Assembly: GCA_026391555.1 (NCBI GenBank)
Contig: JAPLEB010000105.1
Span: 9,356-73,355 of the forward strand
Origin: Bacteroidia bacterium
GTDB lineage: Bacteria; Bacteroidota; Bacteroidia; Bacteroidales; VadinHA17
Length of the DNA: 64,000 nucleotides
Reading direction: 5' to 3'
Positions within the stretch are counted from its first letter, which is position 1, and every line of letters starts with the position of its first letter. The position numbers and the translations under genes were made by a program. Shown piece by piece: positions 56,834 through 64,000 of the stretch. The notes beneath the pieces were generated by a model, which made no database searches, was not told the DNA's origin, and saw only the letters and a list, made by a program, of their open reading frames with translations.

Positions 56834-57925
56834 TTACTTTTTTGACTGATAGCGTCTGATTACCATATTCTTAAAATAGAATTCCGCCAGGGCATTGAGT
56901 GCAAATGTGAAGATGAAAAGCAATGAACCTATCAAAAACAGTACGTTATAGTGCGTATCGCCGAAAACCACCTCTGCCATTTCCGCACCGATTGTAGCTG
57001 ATAAGGTTCTGACAGAATCGAATGGATTCATTGAAATCATAGCAGCATTCCCGGTAGCCATAAGAGCTATCATAGTCTCACCAAAGATTCTTCCGATACC
57101 CAGTACTACAGCAGCAAAAATACCAGGCACTGCTGCCGGTAACACTACATAGAATGCTGTCTGTCTTCTGCTTGCGCCTAATCCAAGGCTGGCCTCTGTA
57201 AAAGTTTTGGGTACAGCAGTTAAAGCATCTTCGGTAAGAGTATAAATAATGGGAATTGCTGCAAGTCCCATTGCAATTCCTCCCACGAAACCGTTTAACC
57301 TGCTTGCATAGCCGAAAATATCCTGAAATACGGTAGCCATGACCATTAAAGCAAAGAATCCGATTACAACGGAAGGAAACCCTGCAAGCAATTCAATAAC
57401 CGGCTTAATTATTTCTCTGATCCTTGGTTTTGCAAACATTGATGTGTAGATCGCAGCAAGTATAGAAAGCGGTGCTGCAAACAGCAATGCAATAAGTGTA
57501 ACTTTAAGGGTACCAAGAAATAACGGCCACATTCCATAACGAGGATTGTCAGATACCGGCATCCATGTATTTGAAAGAAGTGTGGAAGAAGGTTTCTCTT
57601 CCTGCCCATGGATTATATTGGAATTGGCAACCTGGTTGTCAGCAACCTTAACTGATCCACTTTCGGTCTCCGCGCCACCATAACTTTCCTGTACCAGCAC
57701 TTCAGTCGCCACCACTTCCTTTTTATCCATTTTGAAAATCGGGAATGCCTCGCGAAAAACAAAAACAAAGATCAGAACAACAACGGCAATCGAAAGAAAG
57801 GCCACGGCCTTGATTACTTTTTCTGCAAACCAGTCCGAAAAACGAAACTTTTTTTTGTTAAAAGTTACTATATCCATTTCTGCGTCTTGCTCCTTACTTT
57901 TCAATCTGATAAGTTCCATTATCAT
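56834..57925 (-). CDS. pstC: Phosphate ABC transporter permease PstC
   Basis: EAA-type loop EASLGLGASRRQTAFYVVLPAA. Has an extended N-terminal region and the expected operon position. Confidence 0.9.
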   Translation of the reverse strand: MIMELIRLKSKEQDAEMDIVTFNKKKFRFSDWFAEKVIKAVAFLSIAVVVLIFVFVFREAFPIFKMDKKEVVATEVLVQESYGGAETESGSVKVADNQVANSNIIHGQEEKPSSTLLSNTWMPVSDNPRYGMWPLFLGTLKVTLIALLFAAPLSILAAIYTSMFAKPRIREIIKPVIELLAGFPSVVIGFFALMVMATVFQDIFGYASRLNGFVGGIAMGLAAIPIIYTLTEDALTAVPKTFTEASLGLGASRRQTAFYVVLPAAVPGIFAAVVLGIGRIFGETMIALMATGNAAMISMNPFDSVRTLSATIGAEMAEVVFGDTHYNVLFLIGSLLFIFTFALNALAEFYFKNMVIRRYQSKK

Positions 57926-57948
57926 ACCTTTTTCTTTCTCTTCTTTTT

Positions 57949-58011
57949 CCTGTTGCCTGTCGCCTGTCTTTCTACTTTTATCTTTTTACTTTTATCTTTT
58001 ATCTTTAAAAT
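57949..58011. repeat. Nine-unit heptamer-periodic tract between pstS and pstC
   Basis: cctgttg cctgtcg cctgtct ttctact tttatct ttttact tttatct tttatct ttaaaat, read in phase. Confidence 0.9.
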
Positions 58012-58079
58012 AATCACACCTGTCAGTGTTTTTCTGACAAGCCCGGCCATTAACCTTAAACTATCACTTCTAAAAACGA

Positions 58080-58910
58080 TTATTTATATGGGAAGTATCC
58101 TACTTCTGTAGCGACCATCTGTCCCTCCTGACTAAGTATCCAGTCGATGTACTTTTTGTTTTCGCCTGTTGGCCTGTTTCTCAGGTACATATACAGGTAG
58201 CGGGTTATCGGATATTCACCTTTCCCGATTGATTCTGCTGTAGGAAGAAATGCCGGGCCGTTTGTATCATTTTTTACTTTGGCATGTTTTACGCCTACTG
58301 CATAAGCTGCTCCACCATAACCGATACCATTTACATCTTTTTTTACTGCATTTACAACAGCTGCTGTTCCGGGAAGTGTCTGAACAGTTGCAGCATAATC
58401 GCCCTTAACTACCTCATCGTGAAAATAAACATAGGTACCCGAGCTGTTTTCACGGCCATAAACTGTAATCGGAGCATCATTCCCACCAACATCTTTCCAA
58501 TTTTTTACCTTAGCCTGATAAATATCACTTAACTGTTTGAGAGTAAGTTCCTGAACTTTATTAGCTTCGTTCAGAAAAATAGTTATCCCGTCTTTTGCAC
58601 AAGGGATCTGTACGCCAAGTGTATTGTAACGCGCCTTAAGCTTTTCTATTTCGGTCTGTTTCATGGGACGGCTTGAGTTGCAGATATCAGTAGTCCCGTT
58701 AATCAGCGCTGTTATGCCAACACCTGAACCACCTCCGGTAACCTGGATTGATGCTGACGGATTACTCTTCATATACAGTTCAGCCCATTTCTGAGCGAGG
58801 ATAACCATTGTATCAGAACCTTTCACGGTAATTTTTTGCTGTGAAAATCCTGTTGCTGAAACCATTAGAACTGTTATCAGCATTATTGTGAAAATTTTGT
58901 TGTTTTTCAT
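58080..58910 (-). CDS. pstS: Phosphate-binding protein PstS
   Basis: Signal peptide, then ITVKGSDTMVILAQKWAE...VTGGGSGVGI..L..GT.DI..SSR... (PBP-like_2 pattern), at the head of pstCAB. Confidence 0.9.
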   Translation of the reverse strand: MKNNKIFTIMLITVLMVSATGFSQQKITVKGSDTMVILAQKWAELYMKSNPSASIQVTGGGSGVGITALINGTTDICNSSRPMKQTEIEKLKARYNTLGVQIPCAKDGITIFLNEANKVQELTLKQLSDIYQAKVKNWKDVGGNDAPITVYGRENSSGTYVYFHDEVVKGDYAATVQTLPGTAAVVNAVKKDVNGIGYGGAAYAVGVKHAKVKNDTNGPAFLPTAESIGKGEYPITRYLYMYLRNRPTGENKKYIDWILSQEGQMVATEVGYFPYK

Positions 58911-58959
58911 TTTATTTATTTATTTAAAATTAAACCTAAAACTTCTGTCATTGTTATTA

Positions 58960-59012
58960 ACCCACCCCTCGCCCCCCGCCGAAGCGGGGCAGGCTCTCCC
59001 AGGAGGGGAACT
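58960..59012. repeat. GC-rich hairpin repeat element, copy B
   Basis: acccacccctcgccccccgccgaagcggggcaggctctcccaggaggggaact. Followed by the heptamer units gcctttt gcctttt gtcttga accttga actttta (59021-59055). Confidence 0.85.
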
Positions 59013-59052
59013 TTGGATTCGCCTTTTGCCTTTTGTCTTGAACCTTGAACTT

Positions 59053-60276
59053 TTAGAATTTTGCCTGAATTCTTACTCCAAGAACATTATCCTTCTTTTC
59101 GGTTGAGTTTGATGCATTGATTTCGTTCTTAGGCATTTCGTAGTTCAGTGAGATCCTGATATTGTCGTTAAGATAATGTTGCAATGAAACAGTCCAGGTT
59201 GTGTAATAAATATTATTTCCTGCAGCATCACCGCTTAATTTGGTATTAGGATCATAATAATCATACCGTGCAATAAACTGATCTTTGGGCCCGATATTCT
59301 TTATAAAATATAGATAATATCCTGAAAAATTATTAAATAAATTCGGACTTGCTTTCATTTGAGCCATAGTAGATGTTCCGGCAATTGTACTTGCAGTTGA
59401 ATTTATTCCTGCTATATATTCGGCCTTTATGGCCATTCCGCCAAGAACATCTGCAAATATCTGTACTTCACCACCTACCCAATTTTTATCAAGATAACTC
59501 CAAACTTTAACACTATCTGCAGTCCCATCGCTATTACTAATATATGGGTTAGTTTTTGCTAAGTTCCCACCAAAATAACCATTTGCTCCAAAGTCAATTC
59601 CTATACCTGCATCGGGAAGTTTAATTGAATATACAATACGTCCCATGAGGTCTTTCTTGGAATCAACATCTTTTGCCTGCGCTGCTGTGAAATTGCCATT
59701 CATTGCCATCAACTGAACTTTTAATGGAATTGTGGATCCTACATACTCAAGCTTAACGCCTATTTCCCTTTCGCCAGGATATATCGTCCTGATAACCCTT
59801 GAACGCTCCAGAACTTCCCTTTGACTTGAAGAATATTCAACTTCATAATCAGGCCTGTTAAACTGACCTGTCCATAAAGTGAAATCCTTTAGTTTTGGAA
59901 TATTAACCACTGCATAAGCATCTTTCAAAACAAGGTTTCCTGTACTGAAATCGGGCTGTAAAACGAATTTAACTCCATCAAGAGCCTCATAAGTAAACTT
60001 CACTCTTGCCCTTCTGATATAAAATGTATTGTTATATCCATTTGATTTTTCCAGATCCTTACCATAACTCTCCCATTGTGCCTGGATGTAACCTGATACT
60101 TTTATTTTGTTAAGTTTACCGAGGTCGGCTTCATTAACTAAAACTCTTTCATCCAGTGCATTAAGCCTTCCTTCATGTTTCTCGATTACTTCCTTAAGTG
60201 AATCGGGATTTTGTTTTTGTGAGTACCCATAGACTGACACCATCATAAAAATTGTAATTGCTAAAAGTTTCTTCAT
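59053..60276 (-). CDS. Porin, phosphate-selective OprO/OprP-like
   Basis: Signal peptide MKKLLAITIFMMVSVYGYSQ (an alternative start exists at 60306). Has a coiled N-terminal segment, then GYIQAQWESYG...FYIRRARVKFTYEA, and ends ...GVRIQAKF. Located directly upstream of pstS. Confidence 0.7.
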   Translation of the reverse strand: MKKLLAITIFMMVSVYGYSQKQNPDSLKEVIEKHEGRLNALDERVLVNEADLGKLNKIKVSGYIQAQWESYGKDLEKSNGYNNTFYIRRARVKFTYEALDGVKFVLQPDFSTGNLVLKDAYAVVNIPKLKDFTLWTGQFNRPDYEVEYSSSQREVLERSRVIRTIYPGEREIGVKLEYVGSTIPLKVQLMAMNGNFTAAQAKDVDSKKDLMGRIVYSIKLPDAGIGIDFGANGYFGGNLAKTNPYISNSDGTADSVKVWSYLDKNWVGGEVQIFADVLGGMAIKAEYIAGINSTASTIAGTSTMAQMKASPNLFNNFSGYYLYFIKNIGPKDQFIARYDYYDPNTKLSGDAAGNNIYYTTWTVSLQHYLNDNIRISLNYEMPKNEINASNSTEKKDNVLGVRIQAKF

Positions 60277-60428
60277 TTCTAATACTTTAAGTTTGACTTT
60301 TTTCATGATACAAAAATCAGCGATTATTATTACAAACAGGTTGCAAAGAGGTTAAGAAAATATTACAAAAGAGACAAACAAGGTAAAAACTTGCAGGATA
60401 ATCAGTTATGAGAATCGGAATAATAAAA

Positions 60429-61469
60429 TTAATTTTCTATATGAAGATTTCTCCCCTTAAAATCAATTACTTCTCCAATTACTGTTGCAGTAGTCAATCC
60501 TGCTGCATGTAAATCTGGCAGAACTGCCTCAACCATTTTTGGTGATACACTCATCAGAAGTCCACCAGATGTCTGGGCATCAAAGGCGATCATCTTAAGA
60601 TTATAATCGATACCGGGTGCGAAATAAGTATCCTTTTCGGCAAATTCAAGGTTACTGAATGAAGCCCCGGGAATACATCCTTCATCAATTAATTTGTAAG
60701 TATTTCCGATCAGTGGAACTTTCTGCATATCTATTTTTAATGATACCTTGCTTGCTTTTGCCATTTTAAGAGCATGACCCGCAAGTCCGAATCCGGTAAC
60801 ATCAGTGGCACCTTTAACTTTATATTTATTCATGACCTCCGCTCCTGTTTTGTTAAGGAGTTTCATGAGACTTATTGCCTCAGCAATATCAGCAGCATCC
60901 GCCATTCCAAGCCTTTGACCTGCCATAATGATCCCTGTCCCGATTGGTTTTGTAAGAATCAGATAATCACCAGGCTTGGCACCGGCATTAGTAATAATTT
61001 TTTTTGGATGAATATACCCGACAACAGCCAGTCCGTATTTAGGAGGAAAATCATCAATGGTGTGCCCTCCGATAATTCTCACGCCTGCTTCAGTTGCCTT
61101 GTCGAATCCTCCTTTCAATATTTCTTCATAAGCCTCCATCGGAAGTTTTGCAGCCGGGAACATCATGATGTTGAGCGCCAGAACCGGGTCACCTCCCATT
61201 GCATATACATCACTGATTGAGTTTGCAGCAGCTATCTGTCCGAATTCATAAGGATCGCTGCAAACAGGAGGGAAAAAATCGGTGGTCAGTACAAGAGCAA
61301 GTTCATCATTCACCCTGTAAACACCTGCATCGTCATGAGTGTCAATATCAACCAGGATATTCGGGTCACTGGGCAAAGGGAGATATTTAAGGATCTCCTC
61401 GAGCTGTTTTGGTGATATTTTAGCTGAACAACCACCATATTCCACCATCTGAAGAAGGTCAATTTTCAT
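60429..61469 (-). CDS. selD: Selenide, water dikinase (Cys-type)
   Basis: N-terminal VEYGGCSAKISPKQL (Cys/Lys active-site loop), DDAGVY, and an AIR-synthase-like fold (GGHTIDD, TDVTGFGL). Confidence 0.9.
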   Translation of the reverse strand: MKIDLLQMVEYGGCSAKISPKQLEEILKYLPLPSDPNILVDIDTHDDAGVYRVNDELALVLTTDFFPPVCSDPYEFGQIAAANSISDVYAMGGDPVLALNIMMFPAAKLPMEAYEEILKGGFDKATEAGVRIIGGHTIDDFPPKYGLAVVGYIHPKKIITNAGAKPGDYLILTKPIGTGIIMAGQRLGMADAADIAEAISLMKLLNKTGAEVMNKYKVKGATDVTGFGLAGHALKMAKASKVSLKIDMQKVPLIGNTYKLIDEGCIPGASFSNLEFAEKDTYFAPGIDYNLKMIAFDAQTSGGLLMSVSPKMVEAVLPDLHAAGLTTATVIGEVIDFKGRNLHIEN

Positions 61470-61487
61470 ACAACAATATCAGTATTT

Positions 61488-62102
61488 TCAGGGTCTTACA
61501 ATATTTCCGGCCGAAGCCATTACTTCAACAATAGAATACATGTTGCTCAGAGTACCTGCCCCGACAACAGACTCAAGCGAGTAATGATTTACACAAGTTG
61601 CGCAAAGCAGCAATTCAACTCCCATTTTCTCCATATCCTTCAGATGGTCAATAACCGGGGAACCGTTTGTGGCAAGTTTGACCCCGCCGTTATAGAAAAC
61701 CATCTTCTGTGGTAATCTGTCAATATCCTTTAATGCTTTAATGAAATTACTCATCAGCAGATGACCAAGTTCATCATCGCCCTCTCCCATTTTATCAGAT
61801 GACAAAACAATAATAAAATTACCCTTTTGGAAATGTGAAATTGATGTAGCACAATACTCCTCTGCTTTAGCCGGAGTAGTGTCGCCGGTAGTTTTGGTTA
61901 TCTTAAGAGTCCATATTCCTCCAGTCTCACTTACCTGGGAATCCGCGTTATTATCTTTAAGGAACCGGCTTAAATTGTTAAATGATGTTTGATTATCAGT
62001 TAAAACTATGAACGATTCTCCCACAACTGTCTCTTTAAGAGCCTTCTTAGTCGCAATCAACGGGGCAGGACACAGCTGCCCTTTTGTATCTACTATTCTC
62101 AT
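61488..62102 (-). CDS. yedF: YedF-type selenium-metabolism protein (TusA/SirA-like N-domain + DsrE-like C-domain)
   Basis: DTKGQLCPAPLIATKKAL (CPxP motif of TusA-like proteins), a C-terminal redox-like domain, and its position adjacent to selD. Confidence 0.7.
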   Translation of the reverse strand: MRIVDTKGQLCPAPLIATKKALKETVVGESFIVLTDNQTSFNNLSRFLKDNNADSQVSETGGIWTLKITKTTGDTTPAKAEEYCATSISHFQKGNFIIVLSSDKMGEGDDELGHLLMSNFIKALKDIDRLPQKMVFYNGGVKLATNGSPVIDHLKDMEKMGVELLLCATCVNHYSLESVVGAGTLSNMYSIVEVMASAGNIVRP

Positions 62103-62201
62103 TGTTTCTAAATAATAATGATCCGTAAAAGTACTAAAGAAATGTTGAAATGTTGAAGAAGGTTAAGGGTTTTAGAATCGGGTGTGTTAAAGAATTTAAG
62201 A

Positions 62202-63200
62202 TTATAACTGGTTGGATTTTGGGTTTATAGGAATTTCAGCGAGTTTCTTAAGAATCATCCGCCCACGGGAAGTAATACCGGCGGATCCATCTTCCAGCAG
62301 TATCCGGATTGATGCTGAAAGTTCATTTGCAAGTCCGGGATAAATCAGAGAAAGCCGGTATAATATCTCCATCGAATAGGCTTTAACCGCAATTGCAGTA
62401 AACCCTGATTTTAAAACATTAAAGCAAAAATCTGCCAGCTTCCCATGCTGAAAGTTGTTTATCTTTTCAACATCGCTCAGAGAAATTATTCTAAGAAAAG
62501 AGCGGAGTGCGCTTTCATTGTCAAGCTTGCTTAAAGTGTCAACCATCTGTGAAAGATAAGGATAGATAATCTCAGGGAATTTATCGCAAACTTTTGTAAG
62601 TGTCCATGACGCACGAAAAGCAAGTTTTTTATCTGGAGAATACGAATATTCAAATAGTTTCAGGAAGATAGCAGGATTCTCAATTGCAGAAGTTGCAACC
62701 CATTCAGCTTCCTTCATGCTCATCATGTTGTTTACCATAGACTGAAGATCAGCATCATCAATAAATGTCTGTGCTGCTTCATTAATACTTTGAAGCTCAG
62801 GAAAATCTTCTTTTTTGATATTTTTCAGATAATTGTCAGCAACAAAGACATCTGCTTCTGAAAAATCGACCGATATTAAATCAGTTGCCGGTAACCACTT
62901 GTAAGCCAAATGCTCTGAGAGTAATGGCAATTCATCGAGAGTATCGCAGATAAACGGAATGAGTTTAATCTGCTTTATTCCGTAATCATATTCAACTTCA
63001 GGTAGTCGCCCGCATATTACAATGTCTATCGATAATTCTTCTTCAACTTCACGAATTATGCACTCCTCTGCAGTTTCTTCAGATGTAAGTTTCCCTCCAG
63101 GGAATTCCCATTTAAAGGGATGATCGGTTGCCTCTCCCCTCTGGACAACCAAAACCTCATTCTCTTCATTTCTAATAACAGCACACGTAACACTAATCAT
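62202..63200 (-). CDS. MutT-type NUDIX hydrolase fused to a ~200-aa helical-repeat C-terminal domain
   Basis: WEFPGGKLTSEETAEECIIREVEEELSIDI Nudix box. The C-terminal half is all-helical, HEAT/AlkD-like by composition only. Confidence 0.7.
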   Translation of the reverse strand: MISVTCAVIRNEENEVLVVQRGEATDHPFKWEFPGGKLTSEETAEECIIREVEEELSIDIVICGRLPEVEYDYGIKQIKLIPFICDTLDELPLLSEHLAYKWLPATDLISVDFSEADVFVADNYLKNIKKEDFPELQSINEAAQTFIDDADLQSMVNNMMSMKEAEWVATSAIENPAIFLKLFEYSYSPDKKLAFRASWTLTKVCDKFPEIIYPYLSQMVDTLSKLDNESALRSFLRIISLSDVEKINNFQHGKLADFCFNVLKSGFTAIAVKAYSMEILYRLSLIYPGLANELSASIRILLEDGSAGITSRGRMILKKLAEIPINPKSNQL

Positions 63201-63209
63201 AATAAAATA

Positions 63210-63665
63210 TCAGGCTAAAAGATCTTCATAAAGTGGGATAACGAGTAAATATTCAAATTTCATTTCCTGGTGATCAATTTTACAGGCATAATGATGCAAC
63301 CCATTTGTAACTACCAGATATGGAACTTTATATTTCATGTTATAAGTTGCTATTTGTTCAAATACCTTTTCGTCAATTTTAATATCAGTTGATTTACATT
63401 CCACTATCATAACCGGTTCACCAGACCTGTTGTGCACCAGGATATCGACCCTTCTTTTTAATTTATTAAATCTGAACATAACTTCAATGCCAAGAAGCCC
63501 GACCGGATATTTCCCCTCATTAACAAGGTACCGGACAAAATTCTGCCTGACCCACTCCTCAGGTGTGAGCTTTACATATTTTCTCCTGACCGGATCAAGA
63601 ATCATTTCGCTTCCCTCTTTCCCGGTTATTTTGAATGAATATGTTGGCAGATTTAACTGTTTCAA
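63210..63665 (-). CDS. Type I restriction enzyme HsdR N-terminal-domain-like small protein (PD-(D/E)xK-type)
   Basis: EEWVRQNFVRYLVNEGKYPVGLLGIEV...RVDILVHNRSGEPVMIVECK fits the HSDR_N-type pattern (D...ExK). Confidence 0.55.
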   Translation of the reverse strand: MKQLNLPTYSFKITGKEGSEMILDPVRRKYVKLTPEEWVRQNFVRYLVNEGKYPVGLLGIEVMFRFNKLKRRVDILVHNRSGEPVMIVECKSTDIKIDEKVFEQIATYNMKYKVPYLVVTNGLHHYACKIDHQEMKFEYLLVIPLYEDLLA

Positions 63666-63730
63666 CTTAGTTTTGTATTTTTGAGGCCTGATACAAATAT
63701 ATTGAGATAATTATTAACTGAGATGACGAT

Positions 63731-64000
63731 ATGAAAACCAAAGAGGAAATTGTTAATAACTGGCTCCCACGATACACAGGCAAATCGATTGACAGCTTCG
63801 GCAAATACTTTCTCCTGACCAATTATCTGTATTATGTTGAGCTATTTGCAAAATGGCACAATGTCCAGGTTGAAGGGAAAGATAAAAACATGCCAAGTGC
63901 CACTGCAAATGGGATAACTATTATAAATTTTGGTATGGGTAGTCCCAATGCAGCAACCATTATGGATCTTCTGAGTGCGGTGAATCCAAATGCAGTTCTG
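63731..64000 (+). CDS. amn: AMP nucleosidase (N-terminal part; continues beyond the window)
   Basis: My translation: MKTKEEIVNNWLPRYTGKSIDSFGKYFLLTNYLYYVELFAKWHNVQVEGKDKNMPSATANGITIINFGMGSPNAATIMDLL, typical of the short Bacteroidota Amn N-terminus. The frame is open to the window end. Confidence 0.75.
   Translation, partial: MKTKEEIVNNWLPRYTGKSIDSFGKYFLLTNYLYYVELFAKWHNVQVEGKDKNMPSATANGITIINFGMGSPNAATIMDLLSAVNPNAVL

Noticed and set aside
60307-60428. Search for a Pho box upstream of the porin/pst operon and upstream of phoU (51840-51940)
   Set aside because: Only loose TTTGTA/GTTAC-type half-site repeats were seen, with no convincing 11-bp-phased direct repeats. The Bacteroidota PhoB motif is not known to me well enough to make a call.
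60429-61469. Possibility that SelD itself is a selenoprotein (an in-frame TGA at the active-site loop)
   Set aside because: The active-site loop reads GGCSAKISPK with a Cys codon, and the ORF is uninterrupted.

Overview
AT-rich chromosomal segment with a Bacteroidota character. This is inferred from FISUMP-domain lipoproteins, LytTR/PF06580-type two-component genes, DUF5063/DUF1080-type genes, TonB-dependent receptors and a TAnnTTTG -7 promoter box. I saw no rRNA, tRNA, CRISPR array, transposase or integrase. About 50 protein genes are supported, mostly on the minus strand and mostly housekeeping or nutrient acquisition:
- a NanM-mutarotase/SSS-symporter fusion with a GntR regulator
- a Cys-type sulfatase
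- an ADH / Gfo-Idh-MocA / GntP sugar-acid operon
- glycerate kinase, malic enzyme and KDPG aldolase
- tex, rlmI and an RNase-D-like exonuclease
- a TonB receptor with a large glycoside-hydrolase-like protein
- a complete Pho locus (phoU-phoB-phoR converging on porin-pstSCAB)
- selD-yedF

The best candidate for an undescribed system is a tightly packed six-gene minus-strand operon at 21.7-28.5 kb. It encodes a PqqD-like peptide-binding protein, an ATP-grasp ligase, an Orn/DAP/Arg-type PLP decarboxylase, a urea-transporter-fold/M23-peptidase fusion, a putative outer-membrane barrel and a TPR protein. A LytTR two-component system follows on the same strand.

The second theme is non-coding structure:
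- At least seven intergenic or intercistronic tracts have strict 7-nt periodicity, including (GATTACA)6. Several share in-phase units.
- A 53-nt GC-rich hairpin element occurs in two near-identical copies.
- A paralogous LytTR regulator is inactivated by an exact 7-bp tandem duplication.
- An approximately 0.82-kb tandem segmental duplication is present.
- A four-helix-bundle gene is bracketed by inverted heptamer repeats.

All family assignments come from motifs read by eye in the translations; no searches were run. The ORF track appears to allow GTG/TTG starts, so several starts were trimmed to the first plausible ATG or signal peptide.
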